Source: Callorhinchus milii
Taxonomy: Eukaryota
Length of the DNA: 64,000 nt
Direction of reading: 5' to 3'
NCBI RefSeq assembly: GCF_018977255.1
Contig: NW_024704742.1
Location: forward strand, 123,940,001-124,004,000
Shown: positions 21,552-34,100 of the stretch, piece by piece
Layout of the letters: each line of letters opens with the position of its first letter
How positions within the stretch are numbered: position 1 is the stretch's first letter
Translations under genes and position numbers: made by a program
Notes under the pieces: model-generated
The model's input: only the letters and a program-made list of their open reading frames with translations
Databases searched by the model: none
What the model was told of the DNA's origin: nothing

Positions 21552-21580
21552 TATTTGTAAGATGGGCTGGAGGATGTGGT
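21552..21580 (-). promoter_or_regulatory. Gzm3 core promoter (duplicate of the Gzm2 promoter)
   Basis: TACAAATA at 21552-21559 and GGATGTGGT at 21572-21580. Confidence 0.55.
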
Positions 21581-22198
21581 TTAGTCGCTTTCATGTGATT
21601 TCTTGCCCTATTACATGTGTATCTCGAAGGTCACTGATGTGCATTTCGCAGAAAACGTGCATCATGAAAAGAAGGGACCCTAAACTCAGCAACACTGAAG
21701 TGAGTAAAGATTATGAATAGCCATTTGAACAGTGAATGTAACTGTAAAGAAATCATGTGATCTTCTTAATAACAGCATAGTGAATTGAAATAAATAAGTT
21801 GCAAAGTCAAAAATCAGAAGACATTGATGCAATACTATTTTTTCTTGCTTGTGTCTGTTTGTGTGTAGATAGATAGGTGGGGACGGATAGATGGAATTGG
21901 AATTGGTAAATAATTTATGCTCTATTGAGGGTATCCTGTAACTCAGTGGTTAGAACGCTCGCTTTGCAAGTGAGAGACCTGGGTTTGATTCCCGGCAGCG
22001 CGAAACGTTGGGCAAGTTTCCTTACTCCACATGGAACACCTCTGTTTCTCTAGCAGTAAGTAGAAACCAGGTTGTTAGTCAATTGGCAGATCGCTTTTCC
22101 AGGGGTAATAATTCCTTCCTCCCCCCCAAAATAATAAATTGGTAACTTCAAACCACGACTGTTTGTGGGACATTGCTACGTGCAATTGGCTGCCTTTG

Positions 22199-22524
22199 TG
22201 GAGTCCTGTGGTTCAGTGGTTAGAGCACTCGCTTTGCAAGCGAGAGACCTGAGTTCAATTCCAGGCAGGGCAAAACCTTGGGTAAGTTTCCTTACTCCAC
22301 ACGCCTAATAATAATCCCTCCAAAAAACAAAAACAATAATAAATTGGTCATTTTCAATCTACGACTGTTTGTGGGACATTGCTGTGCGCAATTGGCTGCC
22401 GCGTTTGCCCACAAATATACAGTCAATTCACTTTACAGTGTGTTCTGTGAAGCGCTTTGGGACGTCCTCCTGACGTGAAAAGCGCTATATCAAATGCAAG
22501 GATTATTATTATTATTATTATTAT
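22199..22524 (+). mobile_element. Young tRNA-Ala SINE nested in an older SINE; present only in duplication copy 2
   Basis: The empty site ggctgcctttgtttcgccc is at ~16473-16491 in copy 1. The filled site is flanked by a short (t)ttgt repeat. Confidence 0.88.
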
Positions 22525-23588
22525 TTGTTTCGCCCACAAAATATGCAGTCAATTCAGTTCACCGTTTATTCTGTGAAGCGCTTTGAGATGTCTTGAAGAC
22601 GTGATAAGGCGTTCTATCCAGTGCAAGGATTATTATTGTTATTATCCTCAATTTTCTCTATTTCTGTGCTTGTCAATTTTGTCCCTCCACAAGAGGGCAG
22701 TGGAAAGAAACAAGAAAGAACATGTGTTGGATTTGCAGAGGGAGTCTGAATGTATGATGCTGGTATTTTCTATCCCCCCTGGTGCCTCTTCATTTTGGTC
22801 AACCCTTTAAGCATGACAAGTCGTGGGAGGCAGATGATAGTTGAAACATCTTTGTTCCCCTCAAACAGCCCTATGCCATTTCCTACTGCATGAAGCAGCT
22901 TAACCTTTGAGCAGTGTTCAACTCTATGAGCAGGGGCAAGTGCTCTTCTTTCACAGTGCTAGTCAAGATGGGCAGCCTTCACAGCAAATAGCAGGCAGAT
23001 GTGCCTTCACCCTGCCCAGTGGCAGTAATGCAGTGTACACGCAGAATATACGAAGGAGAAGGGTATAAGAGATGTGCAAGTATACTGGCCAACCATTCCC
23101 CAAATGAAATAATTGATCATTCACTTCACTGGTGTTTGTGGACATTGCAGTGCGCAAATTGGCCACCACATTGATTTAGACGCAAAAACACTTTTTGAGA
23201 ATTGTAATTGCATATTTATTACTCTGTAAAATAATATTGCAGTAACTTTAAACAAAGAAACTGTATAAAGCCATCACTGCACGTGACAGTACCTGTAATG
23301 TACTTTGAGATGTTTGGCATGATAAGGCACTATAAAAATAGAGCTTCTTTATAATGTTGGTGCTACTCCAGCATGACCCCTGCTGCCTTTCTAATAGGCA
23401 CTAAACCAGGTTAAAAATCTGTTTTGTGCATATGCAGGCTACTAACTTTGAATTACTCTACATTGCATAGCTCTGCTAAGCATGGTAAAGTTACACAATT
23501 TTAAGGAGCATTTAATCAAAAGCACATTAGCCTTCTCCTAGCTCACTTCTCCAACATAAAGCTTAGAATAAGCAGTACAGCTTTGTCA

Positions 23589-26500
23589 CTAGATCTCAGT
23601 ATTGCTGGATGCTTTGATTCTGCTGTTAATCCAGGAAAGGTACTTTTTGGAAAGTCGTGTGTAAACACCAGGTTTCTTAGGTTTTCCGCAACCATCTCCG
23701 AAAGAAACGATTCCTCTGAACACTCTCTTGCATATCAGTGGACCACCTGAATCTCCCTGAAAAAGAAATAATAAAAGTATATTTCAAGCATATATGGGAA
23801 ACCATAAACATTACACAGAGAAGTATTTACCATGTAGATATCTGCACTTTTTGGGCAATTCGTCTGTTATAAGCATTTTGAGACGTCTCAAAGATGTGAT
23901 AAGGCACTATATCAAATCCAAGGATAATTATTATTATTAATATAAGAAACAACTGATTTTCATTGGGAAGTTTATATAGCAATCTGCTGATGAAATTGTG
24001 CAACCTATAGGCAGAACCAAGGAATTTACAGCACAAATTAATGCCACTTGGCCCATCATAGCTCCATCAGCTTGATTTGGGATCAGGATAAGTCAGGCAA
24101 CTTCTAAGATAATGATTCTGTCACACAGTCATGAATTGTATTGTATATTGTATTCTCCCAGTGTCCTGGCCAACAATCCCCGTGATTAAAAATTGGTTGA
24201 ACATTTCATGGTTGTTTGTGGGACATTACCATGTGCAAATTGTCTGCTGCATTTGCCTCAAAATACACAGTCATTACACTTCATCACTATATTTAATGCA
24301 AGAATTATCATTATTATTATTATTACATATTTTTAAAACAAATAACAATATTCTTTAATGGGAGCCCCCAAAGTTTCTTGCATCCTGATCACAGCCAATA
24401 AGGTCATGTCAGGCTTGTCTAGACCCTTCCTCCCATCTATCTGAGTATTCTCCATCACAGGCTCTTTTGTGTCAAAATACAATTTTCAGATCTACAATGA
24501 TGAATATCAATCAGGTTGTAATAGCTATTACAATCAAGACCATTACAACCGATTGATATTCATTCTCAGATTTAGACTGTTGTACATTCTATGTAATATG
24601 TAATAAAAATAGAATTGTCAAACATATTTGATGTACACAGTATTAGACTGCACCGGTTTGACATGAGATGAGGTACAATTACAATACCTCCATGTAGAGG
24701 ATCACTACAACACTTTATTCACTTTACTGTTGCATCCTTCTGATCTTTGGTTTTAGTTGCTAACTCCGAATTTTCTTTTACAATTCTTTAGCCAAGGGAT
24801 AGGTTGAACTTAGCTAATTAGATTTTTAAAATATTAGATTTTATTTTTTTAAATTCTTTTTCTCTTTTGGATTGCTCCACGTCACACACATACTAACTAA
24901 GCAGATAACCTGAAGCCCTGCTACAGCTTAGAACAGACCCATCTCTCCCAGTGCCCAGTCTCCAAGGGAATGAGATTGGTTGATTGACTGTGTTTGAATC
25001 AGTATGAGCCTTGTCCTCTATCGCTTGACACAGCCTCTTTGGATCTTTAAACACTGCACCTCTGCACCATGGAAGTCATTTTACCAGTGTCTGAGTTCAG
25101 TTCTCTGTTTCAGAATGTTGTGCACCTGACAGACACTCACCTGACAGGCATCTTTTCCTCCTCGTTTATCACCAGCACATAGCATATCATCAGTTATTTG
25201 GGAATTATTTTTGTAATATTCTGAACACTTTTTCCTGTCTATGATAGTTATGTTCACTTCCTGCAGCATATCAGAGGGTTGAGAGTTTCCAGCTGCTGTA
25301 ATCCCCCAACCAGCAACATTACACTTGGTTCCAACTTTGACATCATCTCCAGATTTAGGTAACGGCAAGAAATTTACAAAACTATTAGGCTTTGCTTTAG
25401 ATTTAAGCTGCAATAAAAGATAACTTTTATTAAAAAGATATACTAAATAGTGAAAGATCATTTGTTTTTAAAACATTATTAACACACTATTAAAATACAT
25501 TTTTAAATTAAAGAACCCCTATGGTGGAGCGGGTCGCCCCAGCTCCACCATGCACAAGATCCAGTTGATTCAAAACTCCAACTCCCGCATAATCACCAGA
25601 GCACTAAACTCTGTCTCCCCATTACACCAGTTTTAGCCAGGCTCCACTGGCTCCCTGGGCCTGAACGGATCGATTTCAAGATCCTCACACCCGTTTTCAA
25701 ATCCCTTCATGCCCTGGGACCTCCCTACCTCTCCGACCTGCTTACACCCAACTCACTGCCTCTGCTCTGCTCGACTGGCTCCAGCTTTCTGCATGTCTCT
25801 CGTGCTCTCCGTTCCACCATTGGTGGCCACGCTTTTAGCCACTATACCCCAAAGCTCTGGAACACTCTTCCTCTATCCCTCCACCTTACCCCTTTATTCC
25901 CCATCTTCAGCTCATGCCTAAAGACCTTCCTCTTCGACCGTTTCTACAGTCACCACCCCCTCCCCTGGTTTGTGTCGTGCTCCACCATTGTCAAGTGCTC
26001 TGAGATGCTACCTTGAGTGAGGGGCAAGGTATACAAATGTAAGTTGTTTTATTATTGAAAAGAAAGTGCAAATTAATATAAGTACTTGTCGTTCGGAAAC
26101 ATTTTGTTGTTTGGAAGGATAGTATGGAATCAAAATTGAATCATTCATAATTCGAGACTTGCCCAAGGTTTCGCCTTGCTGGGAATCGAAGACAGGCATC
26201 TCGCTGGAGGTTCAAATTGCAGTATACCCAGGTATACTGCAATTTGGACCTCCTGTGTCTAATTATTTTAACCTGAGGAACTGATTTTTTTGATATTTGC
26301 CATAATTAGAAACACAGTCAATACCTTACCTTCAGAAGCATGATATCATTTTTTTGTTGTTTGTGGTTAAAAGATGGATATACGATCATATCTTTGATGA
26401 TGAATATTTGCTTTCCTTTTTCTTTTTTTGAAAGTGAGAGAGCTCCAAGGACCACTTGTTTTTTTCCCATGAGTTCCCTGGAGAGAAATGCCAACAAAAT

Positions 26501-29500
26501 GAATTTAACTACATTCGCAGCAGGAACATGAGAAATCACACGTTCAGGGAAATCTCCCTTTGTCTATGATGAAATACGTATTTTCTCCACGGAGAGATGC
26601 ACCTAGTTCACCTAATCCTGGAAAGTACAATATATTAGGCTCAGTTTCACAAGAGCCAAGGCAATGGAACCCCAAATAAAGTGTTATTCTGCTGCTGGAG
26701 TTTAACCAGCTAAATCCATGCAATTTACCATTGCAAACACTGACTGGTGAGCTTCTTGCTGTTCGTCCAATTCATCCAGTTTGTCCTACCATTAGCACTT
26801 TGGTTTGTAGGATTAGGAGGAGTCAAGTGGAAGGATCCCGGCCCCCAGTGACGAGTCTGTGGTTCCAAGTCCCGTTGTTCCAACATATGTTGACAAACCA
26901 GTGTCTTGGAGTACTGTAGATATACTTGGCTCAGGAACTAGATTACTGAAATCACCAGAGCTGGTCTACTGGATTCCAATATTCCATTGTCAGGTGTGTT
27001 ATCGTGAAGCTATCTCAGCCACAAAAAGACCCAGCATGTTCCCCACCCCTCATTTAGGATCATGGAAATCAGGCTGCACTGGAAAGGTCATTGCAGTCTA
27101 TCTGTCTGCTCTCAATCTTTTGAAGAATCTCATGCCTATTCTCATGCCCCAAAAACTATTTCTTTGCTAATCTAGGAATATACTGGACTGGTACAATTAA
27201 TGTAACTGAAACCATAATATAGTTTCTGTTTGAAGCAGCAAGTTCTCAGGTTTTACTAGATTATCATTTCCCCCCATAAACTATTACTTTAAATTGCTGC
27301 ACAAAGTAATATTGCGGATCAGACTTACATTTTACAATGTGCTGCAGTCAGGATCCAGTTGGGTTTGATCAAAGCTCCTCCACATACATGTGTGAATCGT
27401 TTCCGTGTTTTGTTAAAAGCCTGAATAGATGCCATGTAAGGTTTTGAATGAGATCTAACCTTACTTCCTCCAATAATTTCCACACAATCATCTATAATGA
27501 TAAAAGATAAATAAAAAGCATCCTGATACAATAACAACTTGCATTTGTATAGCACTCTTCAAACAGGGTAGGATTTTGAAACGCTGAATACTACAGAGAT
27601 CACATAATTTGAAAGCAATTTCTAAGCTAGGGGTACATTGAACAACATTTTACCAGAAGCAAAAATATATTTAAATATCTTCCTTATTAGCTATATTAGT
27701 TCCGTGGAGACCTGTAGCTCAGTGATTAAAGCACTTGCCTTGCAAGTGAGAGACCTGGGTTTGATTCCCAGCAGGGTGAAATGTTGGGAAAGTTTCCTTA
27801 TTCCACACGCCTGATAATAATCCCTCAAAAAAAAATAATAAATTGGTCTCTTCAATCCACAATCTTTTGTGGGATACTGTTGTGTGTAATTGGGTGCTGC
27901 ATTTCGCCCACAAAATATACAACCAATTGACTTTACAGTATATTCTGTGAAGCACTTTGAGACAACAACAAAATTACATTTGTATAGCGCCTTTCATGTT
28001 AAGAGGACGTCCCAAGGCGCTGGGTGGGGGTCGGGGGAGAATGGAGGACAGAGTGGAAGCAAGGAGATCAAAAGCACAGTTGAAGAGCAGGGTCTTGAAG
28101 CGGGTCTTGAAGGTGGTAAGTGAGGGGCGAGGCGGAGGAACGGCGGGATGGAGTTGATGTCTAACAGACATTCTTCAGGACAGCAGTGGTCCTGGAGTCA
28201 AGGGTGGAGGCAGAGAGGTAGAGTTGGGTATCATCTGCATACATCCGGGTCTGGCCTCCTCTTCATCCCCCGAGTCCTCCGTTCCACCCTCGGTGGCTGT
28301 ACCTTCAGCCACTATGTCCCGAGGCTCTGGCATTTCCTTCCGCACTCCCTTCGCCTCGCCCCCTCTCTTCCTATTTTCAGATCTCTGCTGAAGACCTTTC
28401 TCTTCGACCGCGCCTTTGGTCACCTTCCTCCCCATCCCCCTGGCTCGGCGCCCGGATCTGTTGCTGTAAAGCGCTCTGAGACACCGTCCGGCATGGAGGG
28501 CGCTATATAAATCCAAGTTGTTATTGGAAGTTGACCACATGTCTACGGATGATGTCACCAAAGGGGAGTAAATAGATATTGAAGAGGAGGGGACCAAGGG
28601 CAGAGCCCTGAGGAACACCACATGAGACAGTCCGGGGTCTAGAGGAGAAGCCGTTTGAGGAGATGAAATGCAGGCAGTGTGAGAGGTACGATCTGAGACG
28701 TCAGATAAAGACGTGAAATGCGCCATATCAATGCAAAGATTATTATCTTTATCTTCATTTTGAGTTTCACCCACAATATACAGTCAATTCACTTTAGGGT
28801 ATATTCTGGGAAGCACTTTGAGACATCTCAAAGACACAAAAAGGCACTATATCAAATGCAACGATTATTATTAAATATCTTCATTTTTATAGTGAGTTAA
28901 CAGTGTTGTCTGCTTTATTTATTGCAGTAAAGCTTTATTTTCACTATAAAGCAACTAAGAAAGGATACTTTCTTTGAGCAGGATTATCACCCAGAAATGT
29001 TAATGCAAATGCAAGGATTATCATTATCAGAATCAGATCTAATTTGGGAATGTATTTCATAGAGTATTTGTCTCCAAACTTTAGACTGGAAGAGTTATGG
29101 GGGAAGTTAGTAGAAACATTTTCACACAAAAACAGGTATTAGAACCTCATTGCCACAAAATAATTATTTGATTAATTATTGATGCTAAAAAGGATTAGCA
29201 TAAACATCTCAATATCCTAAGTATCTACCATATAGTTGTAATAACAGTTTTCAGTTGAATACCTTCTGGCTTATACAAATAAACATTTTTTGTTATTTTA
29301 CAAGGTTCATTAGAAAGGAATGAATGCCCACAAAATGAGTTTAAATGTATTCTCGGCGAGAACATACAAAAAGCATGAAAATGATAATGAGTTCATGAAA
29401 GATACTCTTTCCATGTTACAAGATAACTTTAACTAAAACTGCTAGTCATAGACTATCACTTTACTTACAGCCTGGTGTTAGAGTGAACAAAATTGTCACA

Positions 29501-29526
29501 GAACTGAGCAAAACCTCAAGCAACAT
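23589..29526 (-). CDS. Gzm4: intact granzyme A/K-like tryptase, 267 aa
   Basis: Exons 29469-29526, 27329-27491, 26330-26477, 25141-25407 and 23589-23756 (804 nt, in frame). [63 protein letters not shown]. No Cys93 (YPSFN). Confidence 0.88.
25540..26050 (+). mobile_element. L2 3' fragment in Gzm4 intron 3
   Basis: LHWLP, IDFKIL and LWNTLP-type RT C-terminal segments followed by an L2 tail. Confidence 0.72.
27704..28750. mobile_element. Triple-nested insertion in Gzm4 intron 1: SINE(+) interrupted by L2(-), which is interrupted by an L2 3' end (+)
   Basis: The SINE at 27704-27963 resumes at ~28700, with TGAGAC duplicated at 27958-27963 and 28694-28699. L2(-) pieces lie at 27964-28243 and 28526-28693; the L2(+) piece is at ~28244-28525. 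Confidence 0.72.
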
Positions 29527-29574
29527 GTTCACCACAGTTGTACGAGTGAGTGCGGGCTGAGTGAGTGCGCTCTC

Positions 29575-29603
29575 TATTTATAAGACAGGTAGCAGGATGC
29601 AGT
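29575..29603 (-). promoter_or_regulatory. Gzm4 core promoter: TATA box plus a variant element (GGATGCAGT)
   Basis: TATAAATA at 29575-29582 and CAGGATGCAGT at 29593-29603, with the same spacing as Gzm2. Confidence 0.55.
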
Positions 29604-30360
29604 ATGGTCAGATTTAGTTTAATGACTTTGAGTATTTCTTAGAGTTAACAAGAACACATTTATTGGAAGTCTAATCCCATATCTAAAACATCAAGAGTTT
29701 GTAATGCTGAAATCAGGAGAGATTCTAAAAGGCATGTGAATCATGCAAGTGTGATTTCAGAGGAGAGGGAGAGAAAGAAAAAGATTTAGAATCAAAGCAA
29801 AAAAAATTATAAATTATATTTATATCAAACTATAATCATCAAATTATATCAAGTAGATGTAAAATCCTTAATAGTTTTAACTGATGCTATAACAAACCTG
29901 AAGTGGATTTCACTGTATCACTGTAATACCTGAGTAGAAATGTGCTGCACATGGGTTCAACATGCAGCTTACATTTAGAAATTTGTAAAGTAAAACAAAA
30001 TCAAGATCACAAGATTGGTTTGGACGAAGGCCCTTCGACTTTCCGATCCCATCCTTTCAGAACACCCATCCTACTGTTGCCCCATTACAGGATCAAGCTG
30101 TTTTTTAAATGAATCCAGTGTCATGGCCTTAACCAACCTTCCTGGCAACCTGTCTATAACACTCTGAGTAAAGAAAAACTTCTTGGTCAGTCCTGAAATT
30201 GATTAGGAATGTACCTGGATTGCCGACAACGTAAATCATAAACATTCAGAACAGTGGAGGGTTAGGAAATCCTTTTGTGGCACATCTGAATAACTCTTAA
30301 GTGATACATTACCAATTACTAACTTTAAACCATGGGTTAGAGGAAACTGTCCTCAATGTT

Positions 30361-30684
30361 GTGGAGTCCTGTAGCTCAGTGGTTAGAGCACTCGCTTTGC
30401 AAGCGAGAGACCTGAGTTCAATTCCAGGCAGGTCAGGGCGAAACCTTGGGCAAGTTTCCTTACTCCACACGCCTAATAATAATCCCTCCAAAACTAAAAA
30501 CAATAATAAATTGGTCATTTTCAATCTACGACTGTTTGTGGGACATTGCTGTGCGCAATTGGCTGCCGCGTTCGCCCTCAAATATACAGTCAATTCACTT
30601 TACAGTATATTCTGTGAAGCGCTTTGGGATGTCCTCCCGACGTGAAAAGCGCTATATCAAATGCAAGGATTATTATTATTATTA
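30361..30684 (+). mobile_element. Young full-length tRNA-Ala SINE
   Basis: Near-identical to 6001-6323. Confidence 0.88.
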
Positions 30685-30872
30685 TAATGTTAGTAAAGTG
30701 TCACCTTGTGGAGATAATTGAATATGACAACAGCTCTTTTATGTACCTCTGTTTTGCAGACACTGGAAATCTAAATTAAAGCAAGAATATGGGAATCGAT
30801 ATTTGGTCAGTTGGTCACTATTTGGAGAAAAATAGTTTATTATTTCAGGCAAAACTGTTTATGTTGTGTAAC

Positions 30873-31200
30873 TCCCCTAGTGGGTCAATGATAAAGGCTA
30901 TATAACTAAGCTATACAGACCAGAAGGTTGCTGATTTGATTCCTGGTGAGTGCTGAGTTCGTGGATCTCAGTCAGTGCATCATTTGGGATGTACAATTGG
31001 TCTCAGTGACCCACAGAGAAATATCAACCAGAGTTCCTTCTCCTTGTTGTTATCCTGTCCACTATGCTGGACCATGTGTGTGGCTATTGATTGAGAACAA
31101 GATTGGACTTGTCTGTGATGTCGAATATCGCACTGACATTCAATCATTCAGCTCACACATGAAGAACGGTGAGGGACTATTGAGCAGGCTGCCATTGGAG
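30873..31200 (+). mobile_element. Degenerate ancient tRNA-derived SINE of a different family (resembles the UCON3-type SINE, from memory)
   Basis: Decayed tRNA head followed by gtgctgagtt..gatctcag..tacaattggtctcag..aaatatcaaccagagttcc..gctcacacatgaagaa; single copy in the window. Confidence 0.4.
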
Positions 31201-31568
31201 AAACCGCAGTCAAGCACAAATCCAAAAAGGAGGAGAAAAACAAGTAAATAAGCATATTTACCCCTTGTCAGCCCCACATTAACCAGCGTCATCAACCTTT
31301 CCATAACCTTTGGAATTGTACATCTCCTTTCAAAATTACTATCTTCACCCTTTCCAAATTTGCCACCAGCTTGAATTTCCATCATTCACTCATCGCTCCT
31401 CTTCCCCCCCCTCCCCCCCCCCCCACCACCACGCCCCACAAACCCCCCCCAGCACAGCCTGGATCTGACACTACGGGCGCGGACGTGTGTACGTGTGGGC
31501 GCGGATTTACTGCACTGAAGCTGTGTGACAGCATTGGAGTTTGAGAGGCATTACACCCCAATTCCTAT

Positions 31569-31570
<2 letters not shown>

Positions 31571-31607
<37 letters not shown>

Positions 31608-31741
31608 GCTCACACTCTCTCTCACACGCTCACACTCTCACACACACTCTATTTCTCACACACAGCCTGTCACGTACACACACACACACGCACACCATCT
31701 CTCACGCTCTCGTCCTCTCTTTCTCACCCACTCGCTCTCAT
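31571..31741. repeat. (CT)n/(CA)n compound microsatellite, with a C-rich tract at 31401-31450
   Basis: Seen directly in the sequence. Confidence 0.9.
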
Positions 31742-31742
31742 T

Positions 31743-32072
31743 GTGGAGTCCTGTAGCTCAGTGGTTAGAGCACTCGCTTTGCAAGTGAGAGACCTGAGTT
31801 CAATTCCAGGCAGAGGGCGAAACCTCGGGCAAGTTTCCTTACTCCACACAGAGCCTAATAATAATCCCTCCAAAACCCAAAACAATAATAAATTGGTCAT
31901 TTTCAATCTACAACTGTTTGTGGGACATTGCTGTGCGCAATTGGCTGCCGCGTTCACCCACAAATATACAGTCAATTCACTTTACAGTGTGTTCTGTGAA
32001 GCGCTTTGGGACGTCCTCCCGACGTGAAAAGCGCTATATCAAATGCAAGGATTATTATTATTATTATTATTA
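31743..32072 (+). mobile_element. Young full-length tRNA-Ala SINE
   Basis: Same family as 30361-30684. Confidence 0.88.
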
Positions 32073-32444
32073 TCACTCCTTGTTTGAGACTTTTCATTTT
32101 GGTGTTCAACCTGCTCCTGACACTGAGTTAACCTTATCTCTCCTCATCCTCCTCAACCTCTCTGCAGCCTCAAACTATCTAGAAACACCTTTTGCTGACC
32201 ACAGGAATCACTTTGACAGGAAATATGCTGTGAAGAGGAAGCCAATAATAGTTAACCATATTTACTACACAATAGACACCAAGGATCACTAGAAAAAGCA
32301 TATGGCAGCAGATTCAAAAGCATTGCTTGCTTCATAATAAAATAAAGAATCCTTAGATTTGACATAGCAGCAGGAGGCCATCACAAAACGATTCACAGGA
32401 TATACTGTAAAGTGTAGTAACTATGTTTGCTGTAGGTAACCGTA

Positions 32445-33600
32445 GTAGCAAATATGACAAATGATATTCTATGCATCTGTTCCAGGACTCCCTCTGTCTT
32501 CTTGTCCTCCTTGACCTCTCTGCTGCCTTCGACACTTTCGACTGTTCTGTCCACCTCCGAATCCTCTCCTCTCAGCTCAACCTTCACAAATCTGTCTTTG
32601 ACTGGTTCAAATCTTACCTTTCGCACTGTCTCCACTTTGTCTGCACAAACCGCTTCTCCTCCAGCCCCCGCACCGTCTTGCGTGATGTTCCTCAGGGCTC
32701 TGTCCTCAGTCCTCTCATCAGTAACCTGTACATGTCACCTCTCGGTGACATTTTCCGCAGACCTGGAGTCAACTTCCACCCAACTCTATCTCTCTACCTC
32801 CACCCTCGACTCCAGAATGTCTGTCAGACATCAAGTCCTGAATGAGAGGTAACTTTCTCTAGTTGAATGTCAACAAGTCCGAGGCCCTCCTGATTGGCTC
32901 CCGTCAGCACCTCCACACTTCAGACCCTGGCAGCATCACCATTCATGGATGCACACTCCACCTCATTAAGCCAGTCCAGAACCTTGGCATCTTGTTGACC
33001 CTAAACAGTCCTTTCCACCCAACATTGGTATCATGACCCGCTCTGCCTTCCCCCACCTCCGCAACATCACCCACCTCTGCTACTGCCTCTCCCCTCAGAC
33101 CGTTGAAACCCTCATCCATGCATTTATTACATCCAGATTTGACTATGCCAACTCTCTGCTTGTCGGCCTTCCCAACTCCTCCCTCCACAAGCTGCAGGTC
33201 ATCCAGAACTCGTGGCTTCTCCCACACCAGGTTCCATGACCCTATCACCCCCACCCTTGCCTGGCTCCACTGGCTCCCCATCCCGCAGACAATAGAGTTC
33301 AAAATCCTCGTCCTCTCCTTCAAAGTCCTGCACGGCCTTGCTCCTTGCTACCTCTGTGACCTGCTAACTCCACATTGACCTGTCTGCTCCTTCTGCTTAG
33401 CAGGTTCCGGCCTGCTCCACATCCCTCGCCAACCTTCCCCACAATCGTCAGTCGGGCCTTCAGTCTCTCTGCTCCCAGCTACCTCCAGGTGGGTGCCAAG
33501 CCCTCCTGATCCCAACCCCCTTTTTGAGTCCCAATCCCAAGTGGCTTGGGTCATTCTCCCGACATGAAAGGCACTATACAAATGTGATTTGTTGTTGTGT
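32445..33600 (+). mobile_element. Degenerate L2 RT fragment with 3' tail
   Basis: LVLLDLSAAFDT, DVPQGSVLSPL and LHWLPIPQTIEFKILVL. Confidence 0.82.
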
Positions 33601-33899
33601 GAACACAGCAATGTCCCACAAACAGTATGAAGTGAATAACCCTTCTCTTTTGGAATAATAATTGATCTTTAATGTTCACCTGATCAGGCAGATAGTACAT
33701 CAAGTTAAAATTTCATCTGAAGGATGGCATTTCCAACAGTACAGCATACCCCCAGGACTGCACTGGACTATCATATTAGATAATATGAGTTCAAAGTCCT
33801 GGCATGGGCTTGAACCCACAACCTTCTGACTTAAAGATAAAAGTGATACCAACTGAGCCAGGTTTACACATAGTGACCTTTATTATCTAAAAGAAACGT

Positions 33900-34100
33900 C
33901 AAAATACTGCAGATGATTGAAATCTGAAATAAAAACAGAAGTCAATGGGAACATTCAGCAGGTCAGGCAGCATCTATGGCGAGAGGAAAGTGAGTTAATG
34001 TTTCAGGTCGATGATCTTCTGACAAAATGCCTGAAACATTAACTCATTTTCTTCTCTCCATAGATGCTGAGTCTTCCCAGCGACTTCTGTTTTTATTTTG
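33900..34100. repeat. Palindromic (fold-back) repeat, probably a Penelope-like-element-derived family
   Basis: Arm ~33925-34008 (cagcatctatggcgagaggaaagtgagttaatgtttcagg) is the imperfect reverse complement of ~34030-34100 (cctgaaacattaactcattttcttctctccatagatgctg). The family assignment is from memory. Confidence 0.6.

Noticed and set aside
28965..29060. Signal-peptide-like ORF ([24 protein letters not shown]) in Gzm4 intron 1 as an alternative first exon
   Set aside because: The hydrophobic run comes from an antisense SINE tail, the only phase-1 donor (GTGATA) is weak, and no promoter motif is evident.
30361..30435. tRNA-Ala(TGC)-like sequence, repeated about ten times in the window
   Set aside because: It is the 5' head of a SINE: there is no proper acceptor-stem 3' half, and it always continues into the SINE body and tail.
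34018..34037. Hammerhead-ribozyme-like core (ctgacaa..gaaac) in the fold-back repeat
   Set aside because: The core deviates from CUGANGA and I could not build the three required stems.
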